NCBI GenBank assembly: GCA_964016885.1
Contig: OZ024743.1
Coordinates: 84,506,001 to 84,570,000, forward strand
Direction of reading: 5' to 3'
From: Eledone cirrhosa
Lineage: Eukaryota
Length of the DNA: 64,000 bases
The notes beneath the pieces are model-generated. The model ran no database searches. It was not told the DNA's origin and saw nothing but the letters and a program-made list of their open reading frames with translations. The translations under genes were made by a program, and so were the position numbers. Of this stretch, positions 53,601-64,000 are shown in pieces (positions within the stretch are counted from its first letter, which is position 1; every line of letters starts with the position of its first letter).

Positions 53601-54082
53601 GAGCAGAAAAGTTTAAAATACTAAACAATTCATCCACTACCCTACCCTTTCTCCTGATGTCTAATAATCCTTTCTCTTTACCTCTCATTTATGACATTTA
53701 TAGTCCTTTCCTCTACTTTCCTATATCGCCAGATCTGCCCTTCTTTAGCCTTTCTCCCTTTTTTTTTTTCGTTACTTAATTTTGTTTCTGTCTTTTTTTT
53801 TATATTTCCATCATTGTAAAATATAGTTGACAAAAAAAAAAAATTCATCCATTGTAACAAGGATGTGGTGTTTAAGATATTAGGTGTGAGTTGGGCCATG
53901 GACAATGAAATTTTTGTCATTGTTGGTGTCTTGCCTTACTGAAGTATCAGGTAATGCTTGTTAAAGTACTTGGCTATTCCAGTGTCTTAGCCTCACTATC
54001 ACCTCTGGCAATGACTTCATTCAATCAACTGATAGATTGCCTAAACAAAGCAATGCAGCTCACATCTTTCTCCTGCTAAATG
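50623..54082. repeat. ~219-bp inverted repeat pair (50623-50841 and 53864-54082) enclosing the RTE LINE
   Basis: CATTTAGTAGGAGAAAGATGTGAGCTG.. is the reverse complement of ..CAGCTCACATCTTTCTCCTGCTAAATG, with scattered mismatches. Confidence 0.9.
51209..53190 (-). mobile_element. 5'-truncated RTE-clade LINE with uninterrupted RT ORF and PHD-like zinc finger
   Basis: 687-aa ORF with RT motifs KGDALDRGNYRGI, QFGFVPGKGTTDA, FVDLEKAFDRV, GVHQGSVLSP, LYADDL and the RTE C-terminus RRLRWYGHV..GRPK. No APE domain. The first ~27 codons look like flanking DNA. Confidence 0.93.
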
Positions 54083-54109
54083 GATGATAGTCACTATAAG
54101 TTGTTATAA

Positions 54110-54320
54110 TGTATCCCCCTGCTCACCCTTGATTGAATAGATATGCTATTGTGTAGCCCCCAGGTCAACCTTGATTGAATAGATATGTTATTGTGTAGCT
54201 CCCAGGTCAATCTTGATTAAATAGATATAAGTTGTAATATAGCCCCCTGGTCAGCCTTGATTAAATAGATATAAGTTGTTGTGTAGCCACCTAGGTCAGC
54301 CTTGATTTAATAGATATAAG
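54110..54320. repeat. ~42-bp minisatellite, ~5 copies
   Basis: Unit CTTGATTGAATAGATATGCTATTGTGTAGCCCCCAGGTCAAC. Confidence 0.85.
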
Positions 54321-55339
54321 ATCAAAGGTATTCAAGCAATGTATATTTTAAGCAAAGGCAACCCTTTTCAAGCAGTGCATGAGATATGGTTCATCATAAA
54401 GCTTGTCACACTACACAAAAAATGTTTTAGGTAATTTTTTGTCAGGCCCGCCATTCAGAAAGCTGCAGTTTGTCCATGACTGATTAATTTCATCCCTTTC
54501 TTTTCTTTCTAATATATAGATGGCAGAGTCATTATAGTGTAGGACACAATGCCTTGCAGCATTTTTTCCAGCTCTCTGCATGCTGAGTTCAAATCCTGCT
54601 GAGACCAATTTTGCCTTTCATCCTGTTGGGTACATTAAAATAAAGTATTAGTCCCAGGAAGTGGATTAGCAGAATTGTTAGAGCATCAGAAGACACCTTG
54701 TGGTATTTGTTCCAGATCTTTGTGTTCTGAGTTCAAATAGGTGGACTTAATCTGTCATCTGGTTTAACACCACCACTTGACTCTTGGGTAACTTTAGCAG
54801 AATCCACTCTGTGGCATGCAATCAGACCAGGTCTCTGGTCTAAGGATAAACTTCTCTCTCTCTTTCGCCAGTTTCAGAGGACCTGAAAAGGGTTACAAGT
54901 GGTGACTAAACAATTTTTTTTAAATAGCATACCCTTAATTACATCAGTCAATATATTCTTCTTTATGGTAGTAGGGGTTGATTTGAGGAAAGTTTGGCTG
55001 CTATTTCTAGCAGGTCAAACGGCTGTGTAGAGGCTCCATTACTGGCCAGTAGATGATGATTTAGAGGTGAGGTGGAATAGATATTCTCAATGTAAGACGT
55101 GATTATAATGGAACAACTGTTAATGTTTGAAGGATTGCCAGAATGTGAGATAAAATGCCACTTCAGTATCTGTTCTGACTTTACATTCTGAGTTCAAATT
55201 ACACAGAGGCCAACTTTGCCTTTCACCCTTTTGGAGGTCAATAAAATATAGTACCAGTCAAGTACTGGGGTTGATTTAATTAACTTTGACCTTCCCCCCA
55301 ATTTACAGGCCTAATGCCTAAATTAGAAATCATTAATTA

Positions 55340-55592
55340 GATGGTATTTCCTAGTGAGCTGTTGCTTGCAATGCATGGTTCCAATTCTATTGATGCCAGG
55401 AAGACATTCAACAGTGTACATAGAGCTATGTTGATGTGCAAAGCTAAAAAGTATGGCACTCCAAATAACTACATAACTATCTTTAAAAGCTTGTTTACCA
55501 GCTCAAACTGCTGTGTAAGAATGGAAAGTGGCAATATAGAATACTACAAGATTGATACTGGAGTGAAATAAAGATATCTGTTGTCACCCTTA
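55340..55592 (+). mobile_element. Decayed LINE RT fragment
   Basis: IDARKTFNSVHR..KYGTP..IFKSL..IDTGVK..LSP resembles RT domains 3-4. Confidence 0.6.
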
Positions 55593-55853
55593 GGACATGG
55601 ATTAGCAGAGCTGTTGAAGTATTGGACAAAGGCTTAGCAGCGTTTGTTTTGGCTCTTTATGTTCTGAGTTCAAATCATCCAAGGTCAATTTTGCCTTATA
55701 TCCTTCTAAGGTGAATAAAATAAAGTACCAGTCAAGTACTGTGGTCAATATAATCAACTTTCCCCTCTCCTCAAATTGCTGGCCTTATGTCTAAACAAGA
55801 AACTATTAAAGGCTGGAAGAACTGGGAGAGTGTTTGATAAAATACCATTATTG

Positions 55854-57097
55854 TACAAGTGTCTGCTGTAATGTTCATAGGCTGACCAAGATACTCTCAT
55901 GAAATGTGACCAAATGAGGTTTGTCGCCCTTTCTGTTCACACACTTCTTTCATTAGTGCTACAATGCTTGGATCTTATTGGTGAAGAAGCTTTCATCCTG
56001 TTGGTAAAAAAAAGTCAACAGCAGATATGACATCATCACTGCAATGCTAGTTCCCAGCCAAGTGTTTTTTCCTGTTGGGGAACAGATGATAGTCAGATGG
56101 GGCCAAATCAGGAGATTAGGGAGGGTGATCAACTTGTTCAAAGTCAGTCATGCACAGCAGCCATTGAAACCAAGGACTTGTATGCTGGAGCATTGTCCTG
56201 ATGAAACAAGATCCTTTTGCCAGTTTACCTGGGCATTTGGTATTGATAGCTTTTCACAACTTCCACAGCAGGTTGGCATAGTACTCTCCATTGATGGTGT
56301 GGCCATTTTGAAGATAGTCAATAAACACAATGCCTTTTGCATCACCTTCCCTGCAGATGAAATGACCTTGGCCTTTGGAACAAGTGAGGACGAGGTGTTT
56401 CTACTGCATGGACTGTCTCTTTGTCTTCTCTGGCTCAAAGTGATGAATCCAACACTTATCCTAGGTTAGGAAATGTTCAAAGAAACCAGCTTGATCTGCC
56501 TCAAACAATGGCAGATTTTCCCATGATGTGGTCAGCCTGGTGCACTTTTGATCAGTGTCAGAAGACGTGGCACCCACCGAGCAGAAACCTTCATCATGCC
56601 AATATTGTGCAGCATATTCTCAACTCCCTCATGGGATATGCTGTTTTATTTATAGTCAATCGCCTGTTATCTCTCACCATATGATGAACACGATCAATGT
56701 ATTCCTCAGTGGTGGCAGTTGCAGGATGTCCAGATGTTGGGTCATCTTCAAGACTCTCCCTTCTCTTCCTAAATTCAGCTGCCCTCTTTTGCACTGTTGA
56801 TGAAGCTGGAGCGCCGTCCCCTAATTTAGCAACTATGTCAGTATGAATGTCCTTGGGGGCTAAACACTTTTTCTACAGGTACTTGATAACACCAAGATGC
56901 CAAATTTTGTTCATTTTCAAGAGAAGTTGCAACTAGTTACTTTTGAAGTCTTTTTTGAACAGTTAGATGTCAGTGTACCTGGAAAAAAACAATGCAGTTA
57001 TTGATAAGAAGTGTGGAAATTAATGCATGCAAGATTTTACAGCTCTATCATCACTCCTTCATAGTCAGCCTATGAATTTTTCAGCCAACCCTCTTTA
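55854..57097 (-). mobile_element. Near full-length decayed mariner element (~1.24 kb) with TIRs
   Basis: TIR cores TTCATAGGCTGAC (left) and GTCAGCCTATGAA (right), with TA ends. Transposase pieces AAEFRKRRESLEDDPTSGHP, KAKVISSAGKVM and HLAPSD. Confidence 0.88.
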
Positions 57098-57479
57098 CAT
57101 TCTTGGCTTAAATCCTGTTGCGGAAAACTTTACCTTTCATTCTTTTAATCGAGTACTGAGTTGATTTAATCAACTTTGCCCTTCCCCAAAATGTGCTAGC
57201 CTTGTGCCTAAATTAGAAATTGATATTATATAATTCATGAGTCGAACTGTTCCATTAAGTTAATTCAATGGAAGTAGTATTTGGTATATTAAATGTTGCC
57301 TCACTCCAGTTCCAGCAGAGATCAAAGAGTGAGCTCAGTTTGAACCATGATCCAACTCTTCATACTGCTACCGTTGCTTACCTAGCAAACAGTACACCTT
57401 AGGTAGTGTCAAATTTCCTTATTGTACAACCTGCACTATTTACTACTGAGGATTAGTAATTTCTAATGATTCTTTTTCT

Positions 57480-57780
57480 CCTTCTCACATCCTGGATGCT
57501 GTGGTAAAGGTGAACATCACTGCATCTGAAGCTGAACAGAATAAAATTCTAGAATACCAGGAATTATCAGCAAACTATTTTTTTTTTTTTCAGCCATTGG
57601 CATTCGAGACGCTTGGGGCAGCTGGGCCGCTAACAACGAAGTTCTTGTCATTGTTGGCGACTCGCCATATCAAGGTGTCAGGTGATGCCTGCAAGGGTGC
57701 TTGGTTATTCCAGCACCTTAGCTTTGCTATGAATCACAGCAATGCTTTGAATGTGTTGGCTTGCCTCAAAAACTATTAGA
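57480..57780 (+). mobile_element. C-terminal RLE endonuclease fragment of a CRE-like non-LTR retrotransposon
   Basis: AEQNKILEYQELSANYFFFFQPLAFETLGAAGPLTTKFLSLLATRHIKVSGDACKGAWLFQHLSFAMNHSNALNVL fits the P-x-A-x-ETLG..QRLS..GNA pattern. Confidence 0.7.
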
Positions 57781-59332
57781 GGGAGGCTTCAGCACCCCTT
57801 GTTATGCTATATGATTGAGTGCGCAGATCTTAACACCCCCCCCCCCCCCACACACACACACACACACTGTTTTTCTCCTTTTTTTTCAGTACTGTATGTA
57901 TATATATACATGTATGTGTGTGTGAAAGAGAATTGATTATATATAAATGTAATATACACTAAAGTCGAACTAACAAGTGAACGTCTAAGTGGTCATTTGA
58001 CCTGTTAGAAACAACAGTTAAATTTCCTCCAAATGAAACCGTACCATCTTAATTAAGCAAAGGATTCACGAGATAATGCAGTCCTAGATATCTAGGGGAT
58101 TGCCAGGGCAGGAGTGCCATCTAACTTAAATCTGTTCAATTGGGATTGATATGGAGCTAAACAACTAGTCAGCGAAGGCTCCCCTCCCAAACGTTAGAAT
58201 TTCTCCCAAATTAGAATTTCACACAAATTTATCTGATGCCAACTTTCACAGATTTAAATACATTCGCACTAAAGTTGGTTTTTATCATCCGGTCAACGAC
58301 TGGCTATAATTAGCTACCTAGCATTAAGTTTTAAATGAAAACTATTTTTACTCACGAGAGGGGAAAACATTTTTTTTTTTAATTTGGTAAGCTAGACGTA
58401 CAGCCTGACAGATAGATGGGTAAGTGTGGAGAGAGAGATAGAAGGGTGAGTGTGGAGAGATAGAAATATTGGCTGGAAGATAAATAAATGGTCATACACA
58501 AATAGATAGAGGGTGAGAGGAAAGCAGAATGAAACAGAGAGGAAGGAAAATACGGAGGAGAAAGAATGCGGAAGACAAGGGGAAGTGTAGAAAGTATGTT
58601 TCTTCGATTAGCTACATGATTCATAAATGAATAATGTTAATGGCAACAATAACGTAATGCAGTTTGTAAAATGTAATGCACAGAGAAGAAAACGGGATAA
58701 AATATAGTTTTCTTTCATTTACTGTATACAGAAATATGTTTGGTGATCGACATATTTTAGATATTTATAGCTTGCTTTTCCTCTACTGCCTTGAGATAAA
58801 GTTAGAATTGGCATTGGAAAGAATTCAGCTAGTTCCGTCTTATTAAAAAAGCAAAATTCGTACAGCAAGAATCTCCTGACAATCTCAGGTAGAGACCGGT
58901 TGAAGTAATTTTTACTCCTCTTAAGTCACTAATATTCTGAAGAAAGAGGCGAAGGCCTTAACTTTCGATACACCTCTTAGAATATCGGGACTTCGTGTCT
59001 AAACCATAAGAAACTATTATATAATATACAAGGTATAAGCTTGCTGAGCTAAGTTAAGTTCTGGTTTCGAATACCGGTCCTCGCTGTTTCGTTTTATGTA
59101 CATCATAAATGATCTTGAGAAAGACACGGACCTCACACAATCTTATCTTCTCAATTCTTTAAATTGTCATTATTTAATTAAGAGTTTAAAAAAACAACAA
59201 CAACAAAAACACAGACGTAAAGCAAGGTGCTTGATTTAACAAAGCTAGCTTCGACTGCTTTAGTCTCGTACTTTGTATTGATTTATTTTAGTTTCGCACA
59301 AGGTTAACGTTAATTGGCGTGATAACTCCGAC

Positions 59333-59838
59333 ATGGCGACAACCAGCCAACGGCAGCAGAAGAAACGGTGCAGACATAGGATTGCAGCTTTTAATTTCCT
59401 CACAAACATTTCACTAGATGGCACACATAGGGACACTAAATATGCTATGTTCAATTACAGCAAGAAAACTTCTGATAAACAAGAAGAGAGCAAAGAAAAC
59501 AGTGGCCGTTACGATGCCCCATCGCAGTCGACTACGACGGCGTCAGATCGAAAACAGCGATCCCAAAACTATTTATCTTCCAACTTAGGTGAGCAAAGCA
59601 ACTGTGCTTTCAACAGAAATATTAGAAGTAATAGCCCGGTTAAATCTACAAATGCTGTCGATTTTGATGGGCATAGGGCTGAAATGGGCGAAGGACTCCA
59701 CCGTTTCAATTCTGTCGGGATCCATAAACAACATAGTATGTGTGAAACTGGCCAGCGTGATATTTCTTGCACTTCTGTACAAGCTGCATCCAATGAAAAG
59801 GAAATGTTAAAGAACATTACACCGACCAAACGATGGAG
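59333..59838 (+). CDS. CABLES: CDK5 and ABL1 enzyme substrate (CABLES family), first coding exon
   Basis: GACATGG start context. The N-terminal motif RHRIAAFNFLTNISLDG matches the CABLES R-x-AA-x-x-FL-[ST]-NISLDG motif. Ends at donor AG|GTGAGA (phase 2). Region is locally CpG-rich. No further exon identified in the window. Confidence 0.85.
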
Positions 59839-60770
59839 GTGAGAAGACAGTTTTTTTTAATATTTTTATTTCCTATTTTCTTAATTTTTCATTCTCTTAT
59901 CGTCGGATTTCCTACCACTTTCACTACTGATTGACGTACACACACTCTTTCTCTCTTTCTTTCTCCCATGTTTATATTATTACTATTATTATTATTATTA
60001 TTTAGCACCACTGTAGATCGTCGAAGACCGAGTCTTTGGGATTTCTGCTACAACAACCTTCATCTCCCGGCCTTCATATTAACCGAAGTTAGGCATCGGA
60101 GGATAAAATAATTCTTTATTTTGTCTGCAGGATATGAAGAAAACGGAGAGTGAAAGGTGTCAGCCACCACAAGCAAATCACTTAATGTTATTTTTTACAG
60201 TGATTATATTAATTTTGTGTTTAGATTTTATTTCTTTTCTATTTTTGTTCTCTTATCTTATATAATGTGTATATGTGTATGAGAAAGAGCAAGTGCGTGA
60301 GAGAAAGAGAGCGAATGTGTGTGTCAGAGAATAAGTAGCGTGTATATGAGAGAATGAGTGAGAGAGAGAATATATGAGCGAATATATGTGTGAGAGAGCG
60401 TGTATATATGTGTGTGTGAGTATATGTATGTCTGTAAAAGAGAGAGAGAGAGAGCTTGAATATAAATATATGTGTGTGTGCAAGAAAGGGAAAGAATGTG
60501 TATGATAGTGAAAGCGTGTTTGTATGTATGTGTAATCGCTTCTGTTTTCCTCACTCAACCACACTGATTATGCTGCTGCATATATAGTCTGTTGCTAAAT
60601 ACAAAGCTACCTGTACTTTACCATAAGTGTATGTAGGTTTGTATATGCACATACTCACTCATACATAATTATATACATATATATATACACTCAACTATGT
60701 CGCTGGCTGCACACTAATATACACGTGTATATATAAACAACGCATATGCAAACATATACACATACATATA

Positions 60771-60819
<49 letters not shown>

Positions 60820-63675
60820 GTTTTGCTATGTTTAGATGATGGCGCCGTGCCTCTGGTCTCCGTGGGTCGTCATAGATGGGGATGTATACTTTCTCCCCCT
60901 CCCTCCTCTCTCTCTCTCTCTGCACACACACACATATACACGCACTTACATATATATGTATACACGCACAGTGGAAGATACGCATTTTGATGACTTTGGG
61001 ATGGGGCAATTTAGATAACATTATCTGTGATTTCAAATCCCGCTGAGGTTAACTTTGCCTTTCATCCTTACGGGGTCGATAAAATAAAGTACCAGTAATA
61101 CACTGGGTAATTGCTGGCCTTGTGCCAAAAGTAGAAACAATTATCTGTGATAATAATATGCGGCTTCAACTAACCACATGCACAAAGAAATTATACATAC
61201 ATACATATGTGGGTGTGTATGTATATATGTGTGTGTTTGTGTGTATGTATGTATGTGTTTGTATGTATGTGTTTGTGTGTATGTATGTACTTCCCAGCCC
61301 CTCGTCTCATCAGTTTTCTTGCCTTGTGTCTGTTGATGTTAATTTACATGTGACTGCTTGCGAGTGTCAACAACAAGTTTGTTGACGCCCCTCCAGTGTA
61401 AAGAGGTAGGAATAACGAGGGCTTACTAGAATTCATTTCGTGCATCATTAAATGTTGATCGGGGCTGCTCCAAATAAATCGACTTCTGTTGCCTTCCTGC
61501 AAATACGATATCGATAGTTGATTCCTAATATAGACACACACATACACGAATGTAGATATTTTAAATACTAGTGTACTTAATACGTTCAAATATTTATTGA
61601 ATGAGCACTCAATACATATGAGTGTAGTGTAAGATGTATTTCCTAGAAAAAAGAAAGTGACAGTCAGAAGAGGTACTTGTTGAAACTTCGAAGTCACTAC
61701 TACCTTTGACTTCTCCACATATCCAGATGTGCTTTACTCGATATTCTCGACTATTATCTATTGTGGTTGACTATTGGTACGGTCATTTACATTGGGTCGA
61801 TGACATAAATTTTCTGAGTATATCAATTATCTTCATTAACGTCTGTGTTTTTCCATACTGTCACATATGTATGTGAACGCTCGTGTATGTATGTGTGTGT
61901 GTGTAGCTAGTAAGCGGAAACAACAAAGCTAACAACACAGTAAAATGAAAAAATATATTAGTTTAACGCTTGATGTAGTAGGAAAAGAGTCTTTACGTTT
62001 TAGACACTAGTCCTTCATCAGAACATCGAATGAGATGTGAAATAAAGAGTGAGTGATAAGAGGAAGGAACGGATTCAGTCAGCTATTATATATATATATA
62101 TATATATAGTCAGTAGGCACCTCTAACAAAATACACCCCGGCCCACTACCCCCACTCCATCCACACCACCCCTTTCAATGTAAAGTTATGTTGGTACCAC
62201 AGCATCCAGTTCGAAACAAATGAGGGCATGTAGGTGTCACGACAAAAAAACACACAGTCCACGCTGTAATGTGGCCGTGTAGGTAACCCGGTAAAAACCT
62301 CCCAGTCCACACTGTAAACGTGGTTGGTGTTAGGAAGGGCATCCAGCCGTAGAAAACCTGCCAGACAGTCCTAAGCAAGACAACCAATCTTGCCTCAAGT
62401 GGACAATTCCCGTCCAAACCCATGCTAGCGTGGAAAATGGACGTTAAACGATGATGATGATATATATAGCTATGTGGTTAAGGAGTTTGCTTCGCAACAC
62501 TGTGGTTCCAGGTTCAGTCCCTCTGTGGGAAACCTAGGGTAAGTAACTTGTGCTATAACCTCAATTGACCAATGCATTGAAGTTCTTCTTCCTCTTTGCC
62601 CGCTTATTCCAGGGAGGGTCGTGGGGCAGAGTCCTCAAACACCTCTTCCAGCGGCTCCTGTCAGAAGCAACTGTCTCCAATTGATCTGGCTGGATCCCCA
62701 AGCGTGACCAGCCAAGCTCATGGATGTTATCCAACCATCTTTATTGGAGTCTACCCATGGGTCTCTTGGCTGTAAAATATGTCCAGTAATTCTTTCCTGA
62801 GACATTCTAACCACATGTCCATAGTATCGGAGCTGTGATCTTTCAATTCGGAGAAGTAACTGCTCAACCTGGAGTGACTCTCTGAGCTACGCACTTTTTT
62901 AAGTAACGTTACTGCATTGAAGTTGATATTCAGTCACTGGAAAACCATTGTGTGTGTGTGTGTGTGTGTGTATGTTGTATATGTGTTTGTCTTATAACTT
63001 AGCGGTTAGACCTAAAAAATGAGATAAAACAAGTACCAAACTCGTCAAAAGAAGTACTGAGGGTAATATGGTCAATTAAATCTTTTCAAGGCAGTATGTC
63101 AGCATGACCGCAGAGTCTAATGACTGAAACCAATAAAATAGTGTGTGTCTGTATATATACACACAAACACAAGCTACTGGACCATATATTCTATCTCTCA
63201 TCAAACACAAGAAAACTTTCATTTTTCTGTGTGCTGTTATGATCAATTGTAAAATTGATGTTAGGATGAAATCATTGAGCTGGTTGTATCAGGTGACTGA
63301 CAGATGGTGGTGGTGATGGTTGTTATGGTACACACTATATACTGTGTTATATGTATGTGTCTGTGTGAGGGTTTTCTATGTATAAGAATGGTGGTGTGTT
63401 ATGTGGGTATGTCATGTTTGTCAAGTCTCTGTCATTATCATGATCATCATCATTGTTTAACATCTATTTTCCATGCTTTCCTGGTTTAAATGGGTTACTC
63501 TGGACTAGGGCTGACTGGAGAGGAGACCACATCTTGCTTGTTTGCTCTAATTTTGGCTTGGTTTCTATGACCAGATGCCCTTATTAATACCAACCATTTT
63601 ACAAATTGTACAGAGGGCATTTTACTATGACTCCGGCACTACCACCATACTGGGTAGAATAGCAACTTTTTTATT

Positions 63676-64000
63676 GTGGCACCAGCACTACCACCTGACA
63701 GAGTTGACTGGGTGATGTTCGACATGACACCAGCACTACCACCTGACAGAGTTGACTGGGTGATGTTCGACATGGCACCAGCACTACCACCTGACAGAGT
63801 TGACTGGGTGATGTTCGACATGACACCAGCACTACCACCTGACAGAGTTGACTGGGTGATGTTCGACATGACACCAGAACTACCACCTGACAGAGCTGAC
63901 TAGGTGATGTTCGACATGACACCAGCAATACCACCTGACAGAGTTGACTGGGTGATGTTCGACATGACACTAGCACTACCACCTGACAGAGTTGACTGGG
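63676..64000. repeat. 48-bp homogeneous minisatellite running off the window
   Basis: Unit ATGACACCAGCACTACCACCTGACAGAGTTGACTGGGTGATGTTCGAC. Confidence 0.95.

Noticed and set aside
60110-60160. Candidate CABLES exon 2 after TTTTGTCTGCAG
   Set aside because: In the required phase it reads (AG)G ATA TGA, an immediate stop.
63676-64000. Common origin of the 48-bp SINE-derived repeat and the 47-bp giant satellite
   Set aside because: Only CACTACCACCT and a similar period are shared; too little for low-complexity sequence.

Overview
Repeat-rich eukaryotic (metazoan) genomic DNA. The AT-rich background, dense microsatellites and tRNA-SINE/RTE/CR1 landscape suggest an octopus-like cephalopod (inference). 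Two protein-coding genes lie head-to-head about 10.9 kb apart. On the minus strand is a mind bomb 1 (MIB1) E3 ubiquitin ligase gene: coding exons 1-8 were reconstructed by hand with GT-AG sites and consistent phases, from ATG 48402 to the left window edge. On the plus strand is the first coding exon of a CABLES-family gene (59333-59838). MIB1 intron 1 (29.6 kb) holds a ~19.2-kb satellite of 44/45/47-bp variant units. The satellite contains an apparently exact 6,406-bp tandem duplication, and on the transcribed strand nearly every unit carries GAG|GTAGGT, the same intronic hexamer as the real exon-1 donor. Other content: an uninterrupted 5'-truncated RTE LINE ORF with a PHD-like finger, CR1-type LINE fragments, two decayed mariners, CRE-like RLE fragments, TTAA-flanked MITEs, many SINEs, SINE-derived minisatellites and several intronic inverted repeats. 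All homology calls are from memory of protein families; no searches were run.
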